Of a stretch of DNA of 64,000 nt, positions 39,555-48,497 are shown piece by piece. The DNA is from Abditibacterium sp. (GTDB taxonomy: Bacteria > Armatimonadota > Abditibacteriia > Abditibacteriales > Abditibacteriaceae): the NCBI GenBank assembly GCA_965199495.1, contig CBDASK010000003.1, positions 2,752,001-2,816,000 on the forward strand. Direction: 5' to 3'. Positions within the stretch are counted from its first letter, which is position 1. Each line of letters opens with the position of its first letter. The notes under the pieces are model-generated. The model worked only from the letters and a program-made list of their open reading frames with translations. It had not been told where the DNA came from and did no database searches. The position numbers and the translations under genes were made by a program.

Positions 39555-39856
39555 TGGTCTGCTCCCGCACGCAACTGCGTAAATCTTTGTTCATCCCGCA
39601 GCATTTCCTGACGTGCTTCTTCGCTGCGTTCGCGCAGAAATTCGTCCACTGTCGGGCTACCACTCGAAGCGCTTCCACGCAGTTCAAGCGCGAGGCGCCG
39701 TCTTGTTGCGTTTTGCGTTTCTTGTTCCGTTGCTGCGGGCACATCTTCAACCAGATGCCATGCGGCTTCCAGTAATAGCGTGCGGGCATCCGTGCCGCGC
39801 TCGCGCGCCGCGCGTTCGAGTTGTGCTTCCAGTTCGGTCGGGATTTCTAAAGTCAT
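39551..39856 (-). CDS. Putative antitoxin of the PIN toxin
   Basis: Overlaps the toxin start (GTGA). N-terminal LEIPTELEAQLERAARERG and C-terminal LRGS...VDEFLRER. Confidence 0.75.
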   Translation of the reverse strand: MTLEIPTELEAQLERAARERGTDARTLLLEAAWHLVEDVPAATEQETQNATRRRLALELRGSASSGSPTVDEFLRERSEEARQEMLRDEQRFTQLRAGADQ

Positions 39857-39866
39857 AACGGTTCTC

Positions 39867-41984
39867 CTATTCCTTGAATGTATCGAAATAATCCTTCACC
39901 GGCTGCTTATACGCGGGCGGCACGGAATCGCGCGAAACGGCGTCTTCGGCGTCCTTTTTATAACTTTGTCCGACATCATAAAGCGGCGTGCTGCTCTGGC
40001 CGCCTTTGCCTTCGCCTTTGGTCGGCAGTTGCTCGACTTCGCCGCTGCCGCCCCATTTGCCTTTGATTTTCGACAATTTCTTCTGCGTCGCCGTCAGTTG
40101 ATTCGTCCACGCATCTTCGTAGCGCCGTTTGTCGCCAGTGCGCGCGCTCTTCGATTTCGAGACGCCGCCGCCACTTTGCACGCCCTGCGCATGGTTGCGT
40201 GGCCCCAGTCCGGCGCCGCCGTCGCTAAACCCGTAAGGATCGGTCGCTTTCAAGTCTTTGCCGGGCGTGACCATGTTGCCCATTTCGCTTTTGCTACCGA
40301 AAGTTCGTCCGCCCGCACTGTTGCCACCGTTCATATTGCCGTTGCCGTTGGCGCCGTTTTCGGCTTGTCGCAGTTTGTCGAGCATCTCTTTCATGTTGCC
40401 CGAACCGCCGCCCCGGCCCTGACGCAGACCGTTGGCCATATCGCGCATCGCGCCCGATGCGCCACTTTGACCCTGTTGCCCTTGTTGTCCCTGTTGCGAT
40501 TGCCCGCCACTGCCTTGCTCGCCCTGTTTGCCCTGACCCTGCGGACTTTGGCCTTTCTGTCCCTGCTGCGATTGTCCCTGTTTGCCATTTTGCTGCGTGC
40601 CCTGCTGACCCTGTTGCGATTGGCCTTGCTTGCCGTCTTTTTGCTGTCCACCCTGCTGCCCGTTTTGTTGTTGCTGGCCCTCTTTACCGTCCTGTTTTTG
40701 CTGGCCGTTTTGGCCCTGTTGCCCCTGCTGACCATCTTTCTTCTGACCTTCCGGCGTCTGCTTCTGGCCGTCTTGCCCACTATTTTGCTCGCCCGGTTTT
40801 TGGCCCTGTTGTTCCTGACGCAATTGGTTAGCGGCGTCTTTCAATTGTTGCGCCGCGTCTTTATTAGCCTGACCGCCGCGCGATTCCAAATCTTTGGCGA
40901 CTTTATCCAAATCCGAGGCGATGTCTTTTTTCTCCTGTTGCCCGACCTGGCCTTTATCCAAACGATCCGCCAATTTGTCCAACTCTTTGGCGGCTTCATC
41001 GTATTTATTGTCCTGCAAATCTTGCTGGACTTTGCGCCCGACTTCCGATTGCAACGGCGTCTGTTTCAGCGCTTCTGGAATTTGCGGCATCGAGCCGCTT
41101 TTGCCCTGATTGCCGGGTTTGGACGAATCTTCCAGTTTCTTCTTGAGTTCGCCGATTTCGGTCAGCGCCGCGCGTTTGGTCATGCGCCCGCGCGCCATCT
41201 TTTTGCCCAATTTATCTAATTTGGCGTTGAGCGCCTTGGCTTCCTCTTCTTTGGGTTTTTCGTCTTTGCGAATTTCCTTGGAAACCGCGACCAATTTTTC
41301 GCCCTCTTTCATAATCGCGACGCGCTCTTTCTTTTGCGCCGCCGTCATCAAAATCGGGTTGTCGGGCAAAAACAGCGCGCCGACAAACGCGAGCGAAAGC
41401 GCCGTCAAAATCTGCGCGCGGCGGTCGAAGCGAAACGGATAAACCCGGCGCGGATCGAGCGATGCCGCGCGCGTGGTTGCATCGCCGACCAAGGCCGGAA
41501 CCAGATTCGTCGCGGGCATCGCGTGTCCGCTCGTGGTGACTGTCTGCGGCAACAACGCGCTTTTGACGCGCCCCAATCGCGAATTACCGGCTTGGACGCG
41601 TTGCGTTTGCCGAATCTCTTCGGGCGCCACAAACGAAAGCGCCGACGACAAACGGTCGTCGAGTTTCAAGGTGTTATCGGCATCTCGCGCGGCGGCGAAG
41701 TTGCCGCGCCGCGCCAAAAAGCCGTTGCGCGCGCCCCACAACAGACAAACGCCGATCATCGCGGCGGGCGCCCAAACCGGGCCATCGGGAATAATATGAA
41801 ACTTATAAAGCGCCACCGACGCAGCAGCCACGGCGACGCCGGGGATGGCGGCACCCACCAAAGCGCGCGTCATTTGTTGCGCGTTGCGGCGGCGCGCCAG
41901 AGCGCTCAGTTTGCTTTGCAAAACCGGCGCGTTTTGCGCGGGCGTTGCGTTTACGGAATCGCGGGGAATATCAGCGGTGGCCAT
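39867..41984 (-). CDS. Membrane-anchored coiled-coil, Q/G-rich protein (DUF4175-like, MoxR-associated)
   Basis: N-terminal TMs, LDDRLSSAL, Q/G low-complexity tract and C-terminal VPPAYKQPVKDYF. Confidence 0.75.
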   Translation of the reverse strand: MATADIPRDSVNATPAQNAPVLQSKLSALARRRNAQQMTRALVGAAIPGVAVAAASVALYKFHIIPDGPVWAPAAMIGVCLLWGARNGFLARRGNFAAARDADNTLKLDDRLSSALSFVAPEEIRQTQRVQAGNSRLGRVKSALLPQTVTTSGHAMPATNLVPALVGDATTRAASLDPRRVYPFRFDRRAQILTALSLAFVGALFLPDNPILMTAAQKKERVAIMKEGEKLVAVSKEIRKDEKPKEEEAKALNAKLDKLGKKMARGRMTKRAALTEIGELKKKLEDSSKPGNQGKSGSMPQIPEALKQTPLQSEVGRKVQQDLQDNKYDEAAKELDKLADRLDKGQVGQQEKKDIASDLDKVAKDLESRGGQANKDAAQQLKDAANQLRQEQQGQKPGEQNSGQDGQKQTPEGQKKDGQQGQQGQNGQQKQDGKEGQQQQNGQQGGQQKDGKQGQSQQGQQGTQQNGKQGQSQQGQKGQSPQGQGKQGEQGSGGQSQQGQQGQQGQSGASGAMRDMANGLRQGRGGGSGNMKEMLDKLRQAENGANGNGNMNGGNSAGGRTFGSKSEMGNMVTPGKDLKATDPYGFSDGGAGLGPRNHAQGVQSGGGVSKSKSARTGDKRRYEDAWTNQLTATQKKLSKIKGKWGGSGEVEQLPTKGEGKGGQSSTPLYDVGQSYKKDAEDAVSRDSVPPAYKQPVKDYFDTFKE

Positions 41985-42187
41985 GAGGAAAGAATGAAGG
42001 CTGAAGGATAAGGGATGAAAATTAAAATTCGCTTTATCTTCCAGCGATTCGCGCTCAAATGTGTGTTCTAAGGTTACTCTGTAAACGCGCGCGACACAGA
42101 AAATTTGTTAATCTAAACGGACGATTCGAGCGCCCGATTTGTTCCCGCAGCCGCGTTTAAGCGCATTTAATTGGCGCGCAAATCTTA

Positions 42188-42332
42188 ATTTTATGCAAGC
42201 GACTGAAGTCGCGGCAACATAGGGCAAAGTCCGCCTGCGCGGACTGAGAGCAAACCCTTCAACGTAATAATTTCAGTCCGCGCAGGCGGACTTTGCCCTA
42301 TGTTGCCGCGACTTCAGTCGCTTGCATAAAAT
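42188..42332. repeat. REP-like palindrome with nested hairpins (GCGACTGAAGTCGC...AGTCCGCCTGCGCGGACT)
   Basis: About 60-bp perfect arms with internal GCGACT/AGTCGC and AGTCCGC/GCGGACT hairpins. Confidence 0.88.
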
Positions 42333-42349
42333 ACCGAACCTCTTGCTCA

Positions 42350-43135
42350 ATGCGTTATCTTCGACTTTACCGCGCTTTCGCGCTCAACTGTTTGGCGCGC
42401 ACGATGGAATTTCGCGCGCAGTTTTTCGCGGGCATCATCGGTTACGCGATTTGGACGGGCGTTTCCTTAGTTTTTATCGGCGTCGTCTTCGGCCAAGTCG
42501 GCGCCGTCAAAGGTTGGACGCGCGACCAAATGTGGGTGCTTTACGGCACTTACGTGGTTCTCGAATCGGCCTGTTACGGCGTTTTGGGGCCAAATATGTT
42601 TCGCTTTTCCGGCCTGATTCAAGATGGCGGTTTGGATTTAATTTTGATTAAACCGGTCAACGTCCAATTCTTCGTTTCGACGCGCTATCTCGATCTCAAC
42701 GGCTGCCTCAATTCGGTGATGGGATTCGCCCTCATCGGCATCGGATTAAACCGTCTGGGCGAATTGCCCAATCCGCTCGCGTGGGCGGCGTGGCTGCTGT
42801 TGCTGGTGTGCGGATTTTGCATGGCCTACGCGTTTTGGTTTTGCTGCGTCACTGTCGCGATTTGGGCGGTCAAACTCGAAGGCATCGCCGTGATTTTTGA
42901 CCCGATGATGCAAATGGCGCGCTTTCCCATCCAAATTTATCCGGGCCGCATTCTGACCTTTCTCACCATCGGCTTGCCCGTCGCGTTTCTGACGACGTTT
43001 CCGACGCAAGCGTTATTGGGCCAAATCGGTTGGGAAACCTTGGTCGCCGCCGTCGCGATGGCGGCGACGTTGTTGACGATTTCGCGTTTGTTTTTCAATT
43101 TCGCGTTGCGCAGTTATGGCTCGGCCAGTTCTTGA
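42350..43135 (+). CDS. ABC-2 type permease (DUF990-like)
   Basis: MEFRAQF, GWT, GGLDLILIKP, ARFPIQIY, FLTTFP and ALRSYGSASS. Confidence 0.85.
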   Translation: MRYLRLYRAFALNCLARTMEFRAQFFAGIIGYAIWTGVSLVFIGVVFGQVGAVKGWTRDQMWVLYGTYVVLESACYGVLGPNMFRFSGLIQDGGLDLILIKPVNVQFFVSTRYLDLNGCLNSVMGFALIGIGLNRLGELPNPLAWAAWLLLLVCGFCMAYAFWFCCVTVAIWAVKLEGIAVIFDPMMQMARFPIQIYPGRILTFLTIGLPVAFLTTFPTQALLGQIGWETLVAAVAMAATLLTISRLFFNFALRSYGSASS

Positions 43136-43136
43136 G

Positions 43137-43290
43137 TAGATTAGCCACAGAGTTCACAGAGAACGCACAGAAAGGCACAGAAAAGCGCGAAGAAATTAAA
43201 AATCAGAAGAAAGCATTTTTCTGATTTTTAATTTCTTCGCGCTTTTCTGTGCCTTTCTGTGCGTTCTCTGTGAACTCTGTGGCTAATCTA
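43137..43290. repeat. Family A palindrome
   Basis: About 72-bp perfect arms TAGATTAGCCACAGAG...CTCTGTGGCTAATCTA. Provides the actP stop codon. Confidence 0.92.
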
Positions 43291-44856
43291 TTTTTCCGCG
43301 CCCAGATACGAACGCACTTGCTGTTCCTCGAACGCGGCATAAGCCTCGTCATCGCGCGTGACGAAGGAGACGATGATTCCGACGGCAAAGGCCAGCGACA
43401 TCGAGATAATCGTCGGATTCTTCAGCGAAACCGGTGGTGCGCTCGTCATATGAAACACATCTTTCCACACCGTCGGCGATAAAACGATCAAAACGACGGC
43501 GCTGACCAAACCGGTGATCATGCTGGCGACGGCGCCTTGCGTGGTGAGTTTGCGCCACAAAACCGACATCAACAGCGCCGGGAAATTGGCCGAGGCCGCG
43601 ACGGCAAACGCCAATCCGACCATGAACGCGACGTTGACGCTCTTGAACAAAAAGCCCATCACGACGGCGATGAGACCCAACCCCACGGTCGCGATTTTGG
43701 CGACTTTGACTTCGGTTTTTTCGTCCGATTGACCGTTGCGCACGACGCCCGCATACAAATCGTGCGAAATTGCCGACGCGCCCGCCAATGTCAAACCGGC
43801 CACAACCGCCAAAATTGTGGCGAACGCGACGGCGGTTAAAAATCCCAGAAACGGCCCGCCGCCCAGAATCTCGGCCAACAAAGGCGCCGCCATGTTGCTG
43901 CTGAATCCACCTTCGGCTTCCTTTTTGAGCAAGTTCGCACCGACCAGAGCCGCCGCGCCGTAACCGATGGTGAACGTCAAAATGTAAAAATAACCGATGA
44001 AACCGGTGGCGACAAACACCGATTTGCGCGCCTCGCGCGCGTCGGGCACGGTGTAAAAGCGCATCAAAATATGCGGCAATCCAGCGGTGCCAAACATCAA
44101 ACCGAGCGATAGTGAAATCAAGTCAATCGGCGACGTGGCTACGGCCTCGGTCGCGCCCGGTTTTAAGAGTGCCTCACCGTTGGGAAGAGCAGCCACGGCG
44201 CTAAACAGGTTGCCGTAACTCCAATTGAAATGGTTCAAAACTAAGGCAGTTAAAAGCGTTGCACCCGCGATGAGCAGAATCGCTTTGATGATTTGAACCC
44301 ATGTCGTCGCCAGCATGCCGCCGAACAGAACGTAGGCGATCATCAGAAAACCGACGGCGATGAGCGCGGTCTCGTAGGATAAGCCGAACATCAATTTGAT
44401 GAGCGAACCGGCGCCAACCATCTGCGCGGTCAGATAGAAAATCACTGTGACAATTGAGCCAATCGCCGCCATCGTTTTAATCGGCTTCTGTTGCAGACGA
44501 TAGGCGACCACATCAGCGAAGGTATATTTGCCCAGATTGCGCAACGGCTCGGCAATCAAAAACATCACGACCGGCCAGCCGACCAGATAACCGACGCTAT
44601 AAATTAATCCGTTATAACCGCCCGTCGCGACGAGGCCAGCGATGCCTAAAAACGAGGCGGCGCTCATGAAATCGCCCGCCAGCGCGAGTCCGTTTTGGAA
44701 ACCGGAAATGCCGCCGCCCGCCGCGTAAAATTCGGCAGCCGTCTTGGTTTTGCGCGCGGCCCAGTAGGTGATGCCGAGCGTAATGGCGATGAAAAAAAGA
44801 AAAAATGCGATGGCAACCGGTGAAAGTTGGCCAAGCTCCGTTTTAGTTTGAGGCAT
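43288..44856 (-). CDS. actP: Cation/acetate symporter ActP
   Basis: [29 protein letters not shown] and [12 protein letters not shown]; adjacent DUF485 gene. Confidence 0.93.
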   Translation of the reverse strand: MPQTKTELGQLSPVAIAFFLFFIAITLGITYWAARKTKTAAEFYAAGGGISGFQNGLALAGDFMSAASFLGIAGLVATGGYNGLIYSVGYLVGWPVVMFLIAEPLRNLGKYTFADVVAYRLQQKPIKTMAAIGSIVTVIFYLTAQMVGAGSLIKLMFGLSYETALIAVGFLMIAYVLFGGMLATTWVQIIKAILLIAGATLLTALVLNHFNWSYGNLFSAVAALPNGEALLKPGATEAVATSPIDLISLSLGLMFGTAGLPHILMRFYTVPDAREARKSVFVATGFIGYFYILTFTIGYGAAALVGANLLKKEAEGGFSSNMAAPLLAEILGGGPFLGFLTAVAFATILAVVAGLTLAGASAISHDLYAGVVRNGQSDEKTEVKVAKIATVGLGLIAVVMGFLFKSVNVAFMVGLAFAVAASANFPALLMSVLWRKLTTQGAVASMITGLVSAVVLIVLSPTVWKDVFHMTSAPPVSLKNPTIISMSLAFAVGIIVSFVTRDDEAYAAFEEQQVRSYLGAEK

Positions 44857-44882
44857 AATTAAAGAAAGTTGATTGGGTATTT

Positions 44883-44991
44883 ATGCGATATAAAATCGCA
44901 GCCAAGGAAGTCGTCGGCCTTCGCCGACAGGTGGAACTTGCTTTTGTCGGCGAAGGCCGACGACTTCCTTGGCTGCGATTTTATATCGCAT
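44883..44991. repeat. REP-like palindrome inside the DUF485-actP operon
   Basis: About 47-bp perfect arms ATGCGATATAAAATCGCAGCCAAGGAAGTCGTCGGCCTTCGCCGACA. Confidence 0.88.
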
Positions 44992-45293
44992 TATCTTTTG
45001 CGCACGCGCGCGATCATCGAGTCGTAGGCGCCGTTGGCCCAGCGCACATAAACGCCCGTCAAAATCCACGCGAAGATAATGATGCCGATGCCAACGGGAA
45101 TGCCCAGCGTCGTCGCGCCCACGCGCGCCGCCAAAACTTCGGGCGCAAACGCCATCAGGAAAATAAAGCCGAAGTAAACGAGGAAAACCAGCGCAGTCAG
45201 CGTCAGCGACAACGAACTTTTGCGGCGCACCAGATCGCGAAATTGCGGGTCGTCCAAACGCGATTTCGATGAAGGTTGAGATTCTTGATTCAT
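44991..45293 (-). CDS. DUF485 (YjcH-like) inner membrane protein
   Basis: PQFRDLVRR...YFGFIFLMAF...LTGVYVRWAN..YD, upstream of actP. Confidence 0.9.
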   Translation of the reverse strand: MNQESQPSSKSRLDDPQFRDLVRRKSSLSLTLTALVFLVYFGFIFLMAFAPEVLAARVGATTLGIPVGIGIIIFAWILTGVYVRWANGAYDSMIARVRKR

Positions 45294-45343
45294 AATGAAA
45301 TTGGGTTGCAGAAAATATAACAGAATTCACAAGTGTCGGGTGC

Positions 45344-45390
45344 AAAAGCAAAAAAGCCAGCGAACTGATTTCGCTGGCTTTTTTGCTTTT
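45344..45390. terminator. Intrinsic terminator
   Basis: AAAAGCAAAAAAGCCAGCGAA...TTCGCTGGCTTTTTTGCTTTT. Confidence 0.85.
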
Positions 45391-45396
45391 TGACGT

Positions 45397-46431
45397 TTAT
45401 TTGATCGGCAAAGCCGCGACGCCTTCTTTGGTCATCTTGATTGGCAAAATGTTACCATCTTTGTCGAAAAACATTTCGTCAATGCAGGTCACGCGCGTGT
45501 TGCCATCGTTTTCGCCCAATGGTCGGCGATGATAAACCATGAAATATCTGTCGGTTGCGGGCGTCTTGCCCGGCACATGAATCACCGAGTTATGCCCGGC
45601 GCCGAACGCGATTTGTGGGTCGGGTTGCAAAACTGTCGCGACGCGTTTGAATGGGCCAAATGGTGAATCGGCGACGGCGTAAGCCACATGATAATCCGGG
45701 CCAGTCCAACCGCCCTCGCTCCACATGAAATAATATTTGCCGTCGCGAATGAACATAAACGGCCCCTCGACATAGCCTTCGGGCGTAATTTCTTTGAATT
45801 TTTCGCCGCCTTCCATCGGCACGATAGATTTGAAATCGTCGCTCAATTTGGCGATATTACAATGCCCGTGACCCCCGTAAATTAGATAATATTGGCCGTC
45901 TTTGTCGTGGAACACGAACTGGTCAATCGGCTGGGCGCCGTTGTAAAAGCGGTCAATCAACGGTTTGCCGATGTGATCTTTATACGGGCCTTCGGGCTTA
46001 TCAGCCACGGCGACGCCGATGCCACCCATCTGGTCGCTGTTTTGGATGTCGTTGGCACCAAAAAAGAAGAAGTATTGGCCGTCTTTGCGAATAATCGAAG
46101 GCGCCCACATCGCGCGCTTGGCCCAACCGATGTCGTTCGCCGTCAGAATATTCGGATGCTTCGTCCACGTTACCATATCGGGCGAGGAAAACGCGTCGAA
46201 GTGCGTTTGCTGGTCGTAGCCCGCCGAATAGGTCGGATAAACCCAGTAAGTTTTGTCGAACAAAATGCCTTCGGGGTCGGCATAATTGCCGGGGAAAATC
46301 GGGTTGCCGCCGTCTTTATTGACGACGATGGCGTTAGTCGGCGCCGCGACTTCGGGCGCGGCCATCGCGTTGGTGGCGGTGGCCAAAATCGTGACGCTTA
46401 AAATGGGTTTCAAAAGTTTGGAGATTTTCAT
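45397..46431 (-). CDS. Secreted glycoside hydrolase family 43
   Basis: YADP, MWAPS, QPIDQFVF, YVEGPF and GHNS motifs. Confidence 0.92.
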   Translation of the reverse strand: MKISKLLKPILSVTILATATNAMAAPEVAAPTNAIVVNKDGGNPIFPGNYADPEGILFDKTYWVYPTYSAGYDQQTHFDAFSSPDMVTWTKHPNILTANDIGWAKRAMWAPSIIRKDGQYFFFFGANDIQNSDQMGGIGVAVADKPEGPYKDHIGKPLIDRFYNGAQPIDQFVFHDKDGQYYLIYGGHGHCNIAKLSDDFKSIVPMEGGEKFKEITPEGYVEGPFMFIRDGKYYFMWSEGGWTGPDYHVAYAVADSPFGPFKRVATVLQPDPQIAFGAGHNSVIHVPGKTPATDRYFMVYHRRPLGENDGNTRVTCIDEMFFDKDGNILPIKMTKEGVAALPIK

Positions 46432-46492
46432 AGCGTTGTGTTTAATCGAAAGTTAGAAGCGGCAAAACTTGGTTTGGTGTCACTTCAAACGG

Positions 46493-46530
46493 AAAACGGC
46501 GCGCGAAATCTGATTTCGCGCACCGTTTTT
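46493..46530. terminator. Intrinsic terminator
   Basis: AAAACGGCGCGCGAAAT-CTG-ATTTCGCGCACCGTTTT. Confidence 0.75.
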
Positions 46531-46542
46531 GCGAACTCACGC

Positions 46543-48090
46543 CTAACCTTCGGGCACATCGCCCGGATCGTAATCTATGCCGTTGGCTTGATAAGCGCCA
46601 AGCAAATCAATTTTCGCCACCGATTTGACGTAGCCCTCGTGCGGATCAACGCGGCCCGAAAGAACGTGTTTGAGAATCGAATCGTTCATCGGCACCATGC
46701 CCAGACTTTTGCCGATCTGAATTTGTGAGGGCAACTGGAAAGTTTTGCCTTCGCGAATCAGGTTGGCGACCGATGACGGACAGAGCAAAATTTCGTGCGC
46801 CGCGACGCGTTTGCCGTCCTTAGTGCGCAATAGGTTCTGCGCGATAACGCCTTTTAAACTTTCCGACAGCATCACGCGAATCTGCGATTGTTGGTCGGCG
46901 GGGAACTGGTCAATGATGCGATCCACCGTAGACGGCGCTGTGGTTGTATGGAGCGTGCCGAAAACTAAGTGGCCTGTTTCGGCGGTCTCAATAGCAATCG
47001 CGATAGTTTCCAAATCGCGCATTTCGCCGACCAAAACGATGTCAGGGTCTTCGCGTAGCGCCGCACGAAGCGCGCGTTTGAAGCTCTCGGTATGAACGTG
47101 AACTTCGCGTTGGTTGACCAGACATTTGATGTTCTTGTGAACGAACTCAACCGGGTCTTCGATGGTGATAATGTGGTCGTTACGATTTTTGTTGATGTAA
47201 TCAATCAGCGCCGCCAGCGTGGTAGATTTGCCACTTCCCGTCGGGCCGGTGACGACGACCAAGCCTTTGGACAGTTGACACAAATCGAGCATTGCTTTGG
47301 GCAAATCGAGCTGTTTGACGGTCAAAACGTCCGAGGGAATCAAACGAAAAACCGCGCCCATGCCCATTCTATCCATGAAAAAGTTGCAGCGAAAACGCGC
47401 GACATCGGCGATTTCATAGGCGAAGTCGGTGTCGCCGTCGTCCTCGAACTGCTCGCGATTGCGAAGCGGCGCGATTTCGTAAAGCACCTTTTTCAGCATA
47501 TCGTGGTCGTGAACCGCGTATTCGTCAATGTTCACCATGTTGCCATGAACACGTAACATCGGCGTTTGGTTGCTCGACAGATGCAGATCGGACGCCTCGA
47601 CCTCTTTCATGTGACGAAACAGTTCGTCTATGTGGCCGATTGTTCTGGTTCCCGTCGGGCCTTTGGGTTGCGCGGGCGCTTGGCTCATCGCCACTTGTGG
47701 TGCCGGTGGCTGCTCTTGGGCGGCGTAGTACGCGGTGTTGTTGGCCGCGCCATTTGTCGGTTCGGGCGCGGGCGGTCGGGCGCCGTTTCCATTGGCGCCA
47801 TCGGGAATAATGACGACTTGCAGTTGGCCCGCGCCGCGCATCACGCGGATTTCGACGGCTCCGTGGGGCGATTGGTAAGGAAACTCGAAATGGCCATCCT
47901 GTCCCATTTTGGGGCGCATATCGGGCGGCGTGATTTCCTGCACGAGGGATTGCAATTGCGCGCCCGGAATGGATTGCCCGCTCTTTTGCTGACCGTCAAT
48001 GGTGAAACTGAACGGTTTGTCGTTGACAAGCATCGCGCGATCCGCGTGCTGCTTCGTCATCATACCGATGAGGTTATCGATTTGTGCCAT
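46543..48090 (-). CDS. pilT: Type IV pilus retraction ATPase PilT with extra N-terminal domain
   Basis: ASDLHL, GPTGSGKSTT, TIEDPVE, ALREDPD and TGHLVFGTLHT. Confidence 0.9.
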   Translation of the reverse strand: MAQIDNLIGMMTKQHADRAMLVNDKPFSFTIDGQQKSGQSIPGAQLQSLVQEITPPDMRPKMGQDGHFEFPYQSPHGAVEIRVMRGAGQLQVVIIPDGANGNGARPPAPEPTNGAANNTAYYAAQEQPPAPQVAMSQAPAQPKGPTGTRTIGHIDELFRHMKEVEASDLHLSSNQTPMLRVHGNMVNIDEYAVHDHDMLKKVLYEIAPLRNREQFEDDGDTDFAYEIADVARFRCNFFMDRMGMGAVFRLIPSDVLTVKQLDLPKAMLDLCQLSKGLVVVTGPTGSGKSTTLAALIDYINKNRNDHIITIEDPVEFVHKNIKCLVNQREVHVHTESFKRALRAALREDPDIVLVGEMRDLETIAIAIETAETGHLVFGTLHTTTAPSTVDRIIDQFPADQQSQIRVMLSESLKGVIAQNLLRTKDGKRVAAHEILLCPSSVANLIREGKTFQLPSQIQIGKSLGMVPMNDSILKHVLSGRVDPHEGYVKSVAKIDLLGAYQANGIDYDPGDVPEG

Positions 48091-48150
48091 GAGATTGAAT
48101 CGGGGAAATAACTGCAATCTCAGTTTAAGCGAAAAGGCTGGCGGGTGAAT

Positions 48151-48209
48151 GATAAAAAAATAAGCAGCAAGCTCTAAAACTTAGTAGAGCTTGCTGCTTA
48201 TTTTTTATC
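48151..48209. terminator. Intrinsic terminator / hairpin
   Basis: GATAAAAAAATAAGCAGCAAGCTCTA...TAGAGCTTGCTGCTTATTTTTTATC. Confidence 0.75.
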
Positions 48210-48215
48210 TTTGTC

Positions 48216-48464
48216 CTATTCTTCTTTTTGCCCCGTGGCTTCTTCCGCCGCTTGAAAGCCGATTTTGGTATGCGTGCCGTCGCAAAATGGCTGCGTGGAC
48301 GAAGCGCCACAACGACAGAGCGCGAACATTTTCGGGTTGGGCGGCGTGACGGTTTCGCCATCGCTCCACTCGATTTGCAGTTCGCCGTTGGGATCAGCCA
48401 CGCGGAGCGGCCCTTTGCGTGTGACCGTGAGTTTAACTTTGGATTCGGATTGATTTTGTGACAT
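48216..48464 (-). CDS. CDGSH iron-sulfur domain protein
   Basis: ALCRCGASSTQPFCDGTH. Confidence 0.92.
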   Translation of the reverse strand: MSQNQSESKVKLTVTRKGPLRVADPNGELQIEWSDGETVTPPNPKMFALCRCGASSTQPFCDGTHTKIGFQAAEEATGQKEE

Positions 48465-48497
48465 AACGGCGCGCGTAAAGAGCGATATTTGGGCCGC

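Noticed and set aside
39780..41219. 479-aa Leu-rich ORF on the + strand
   Set aside because: Antisense shadow of the Q/G-rich gene.
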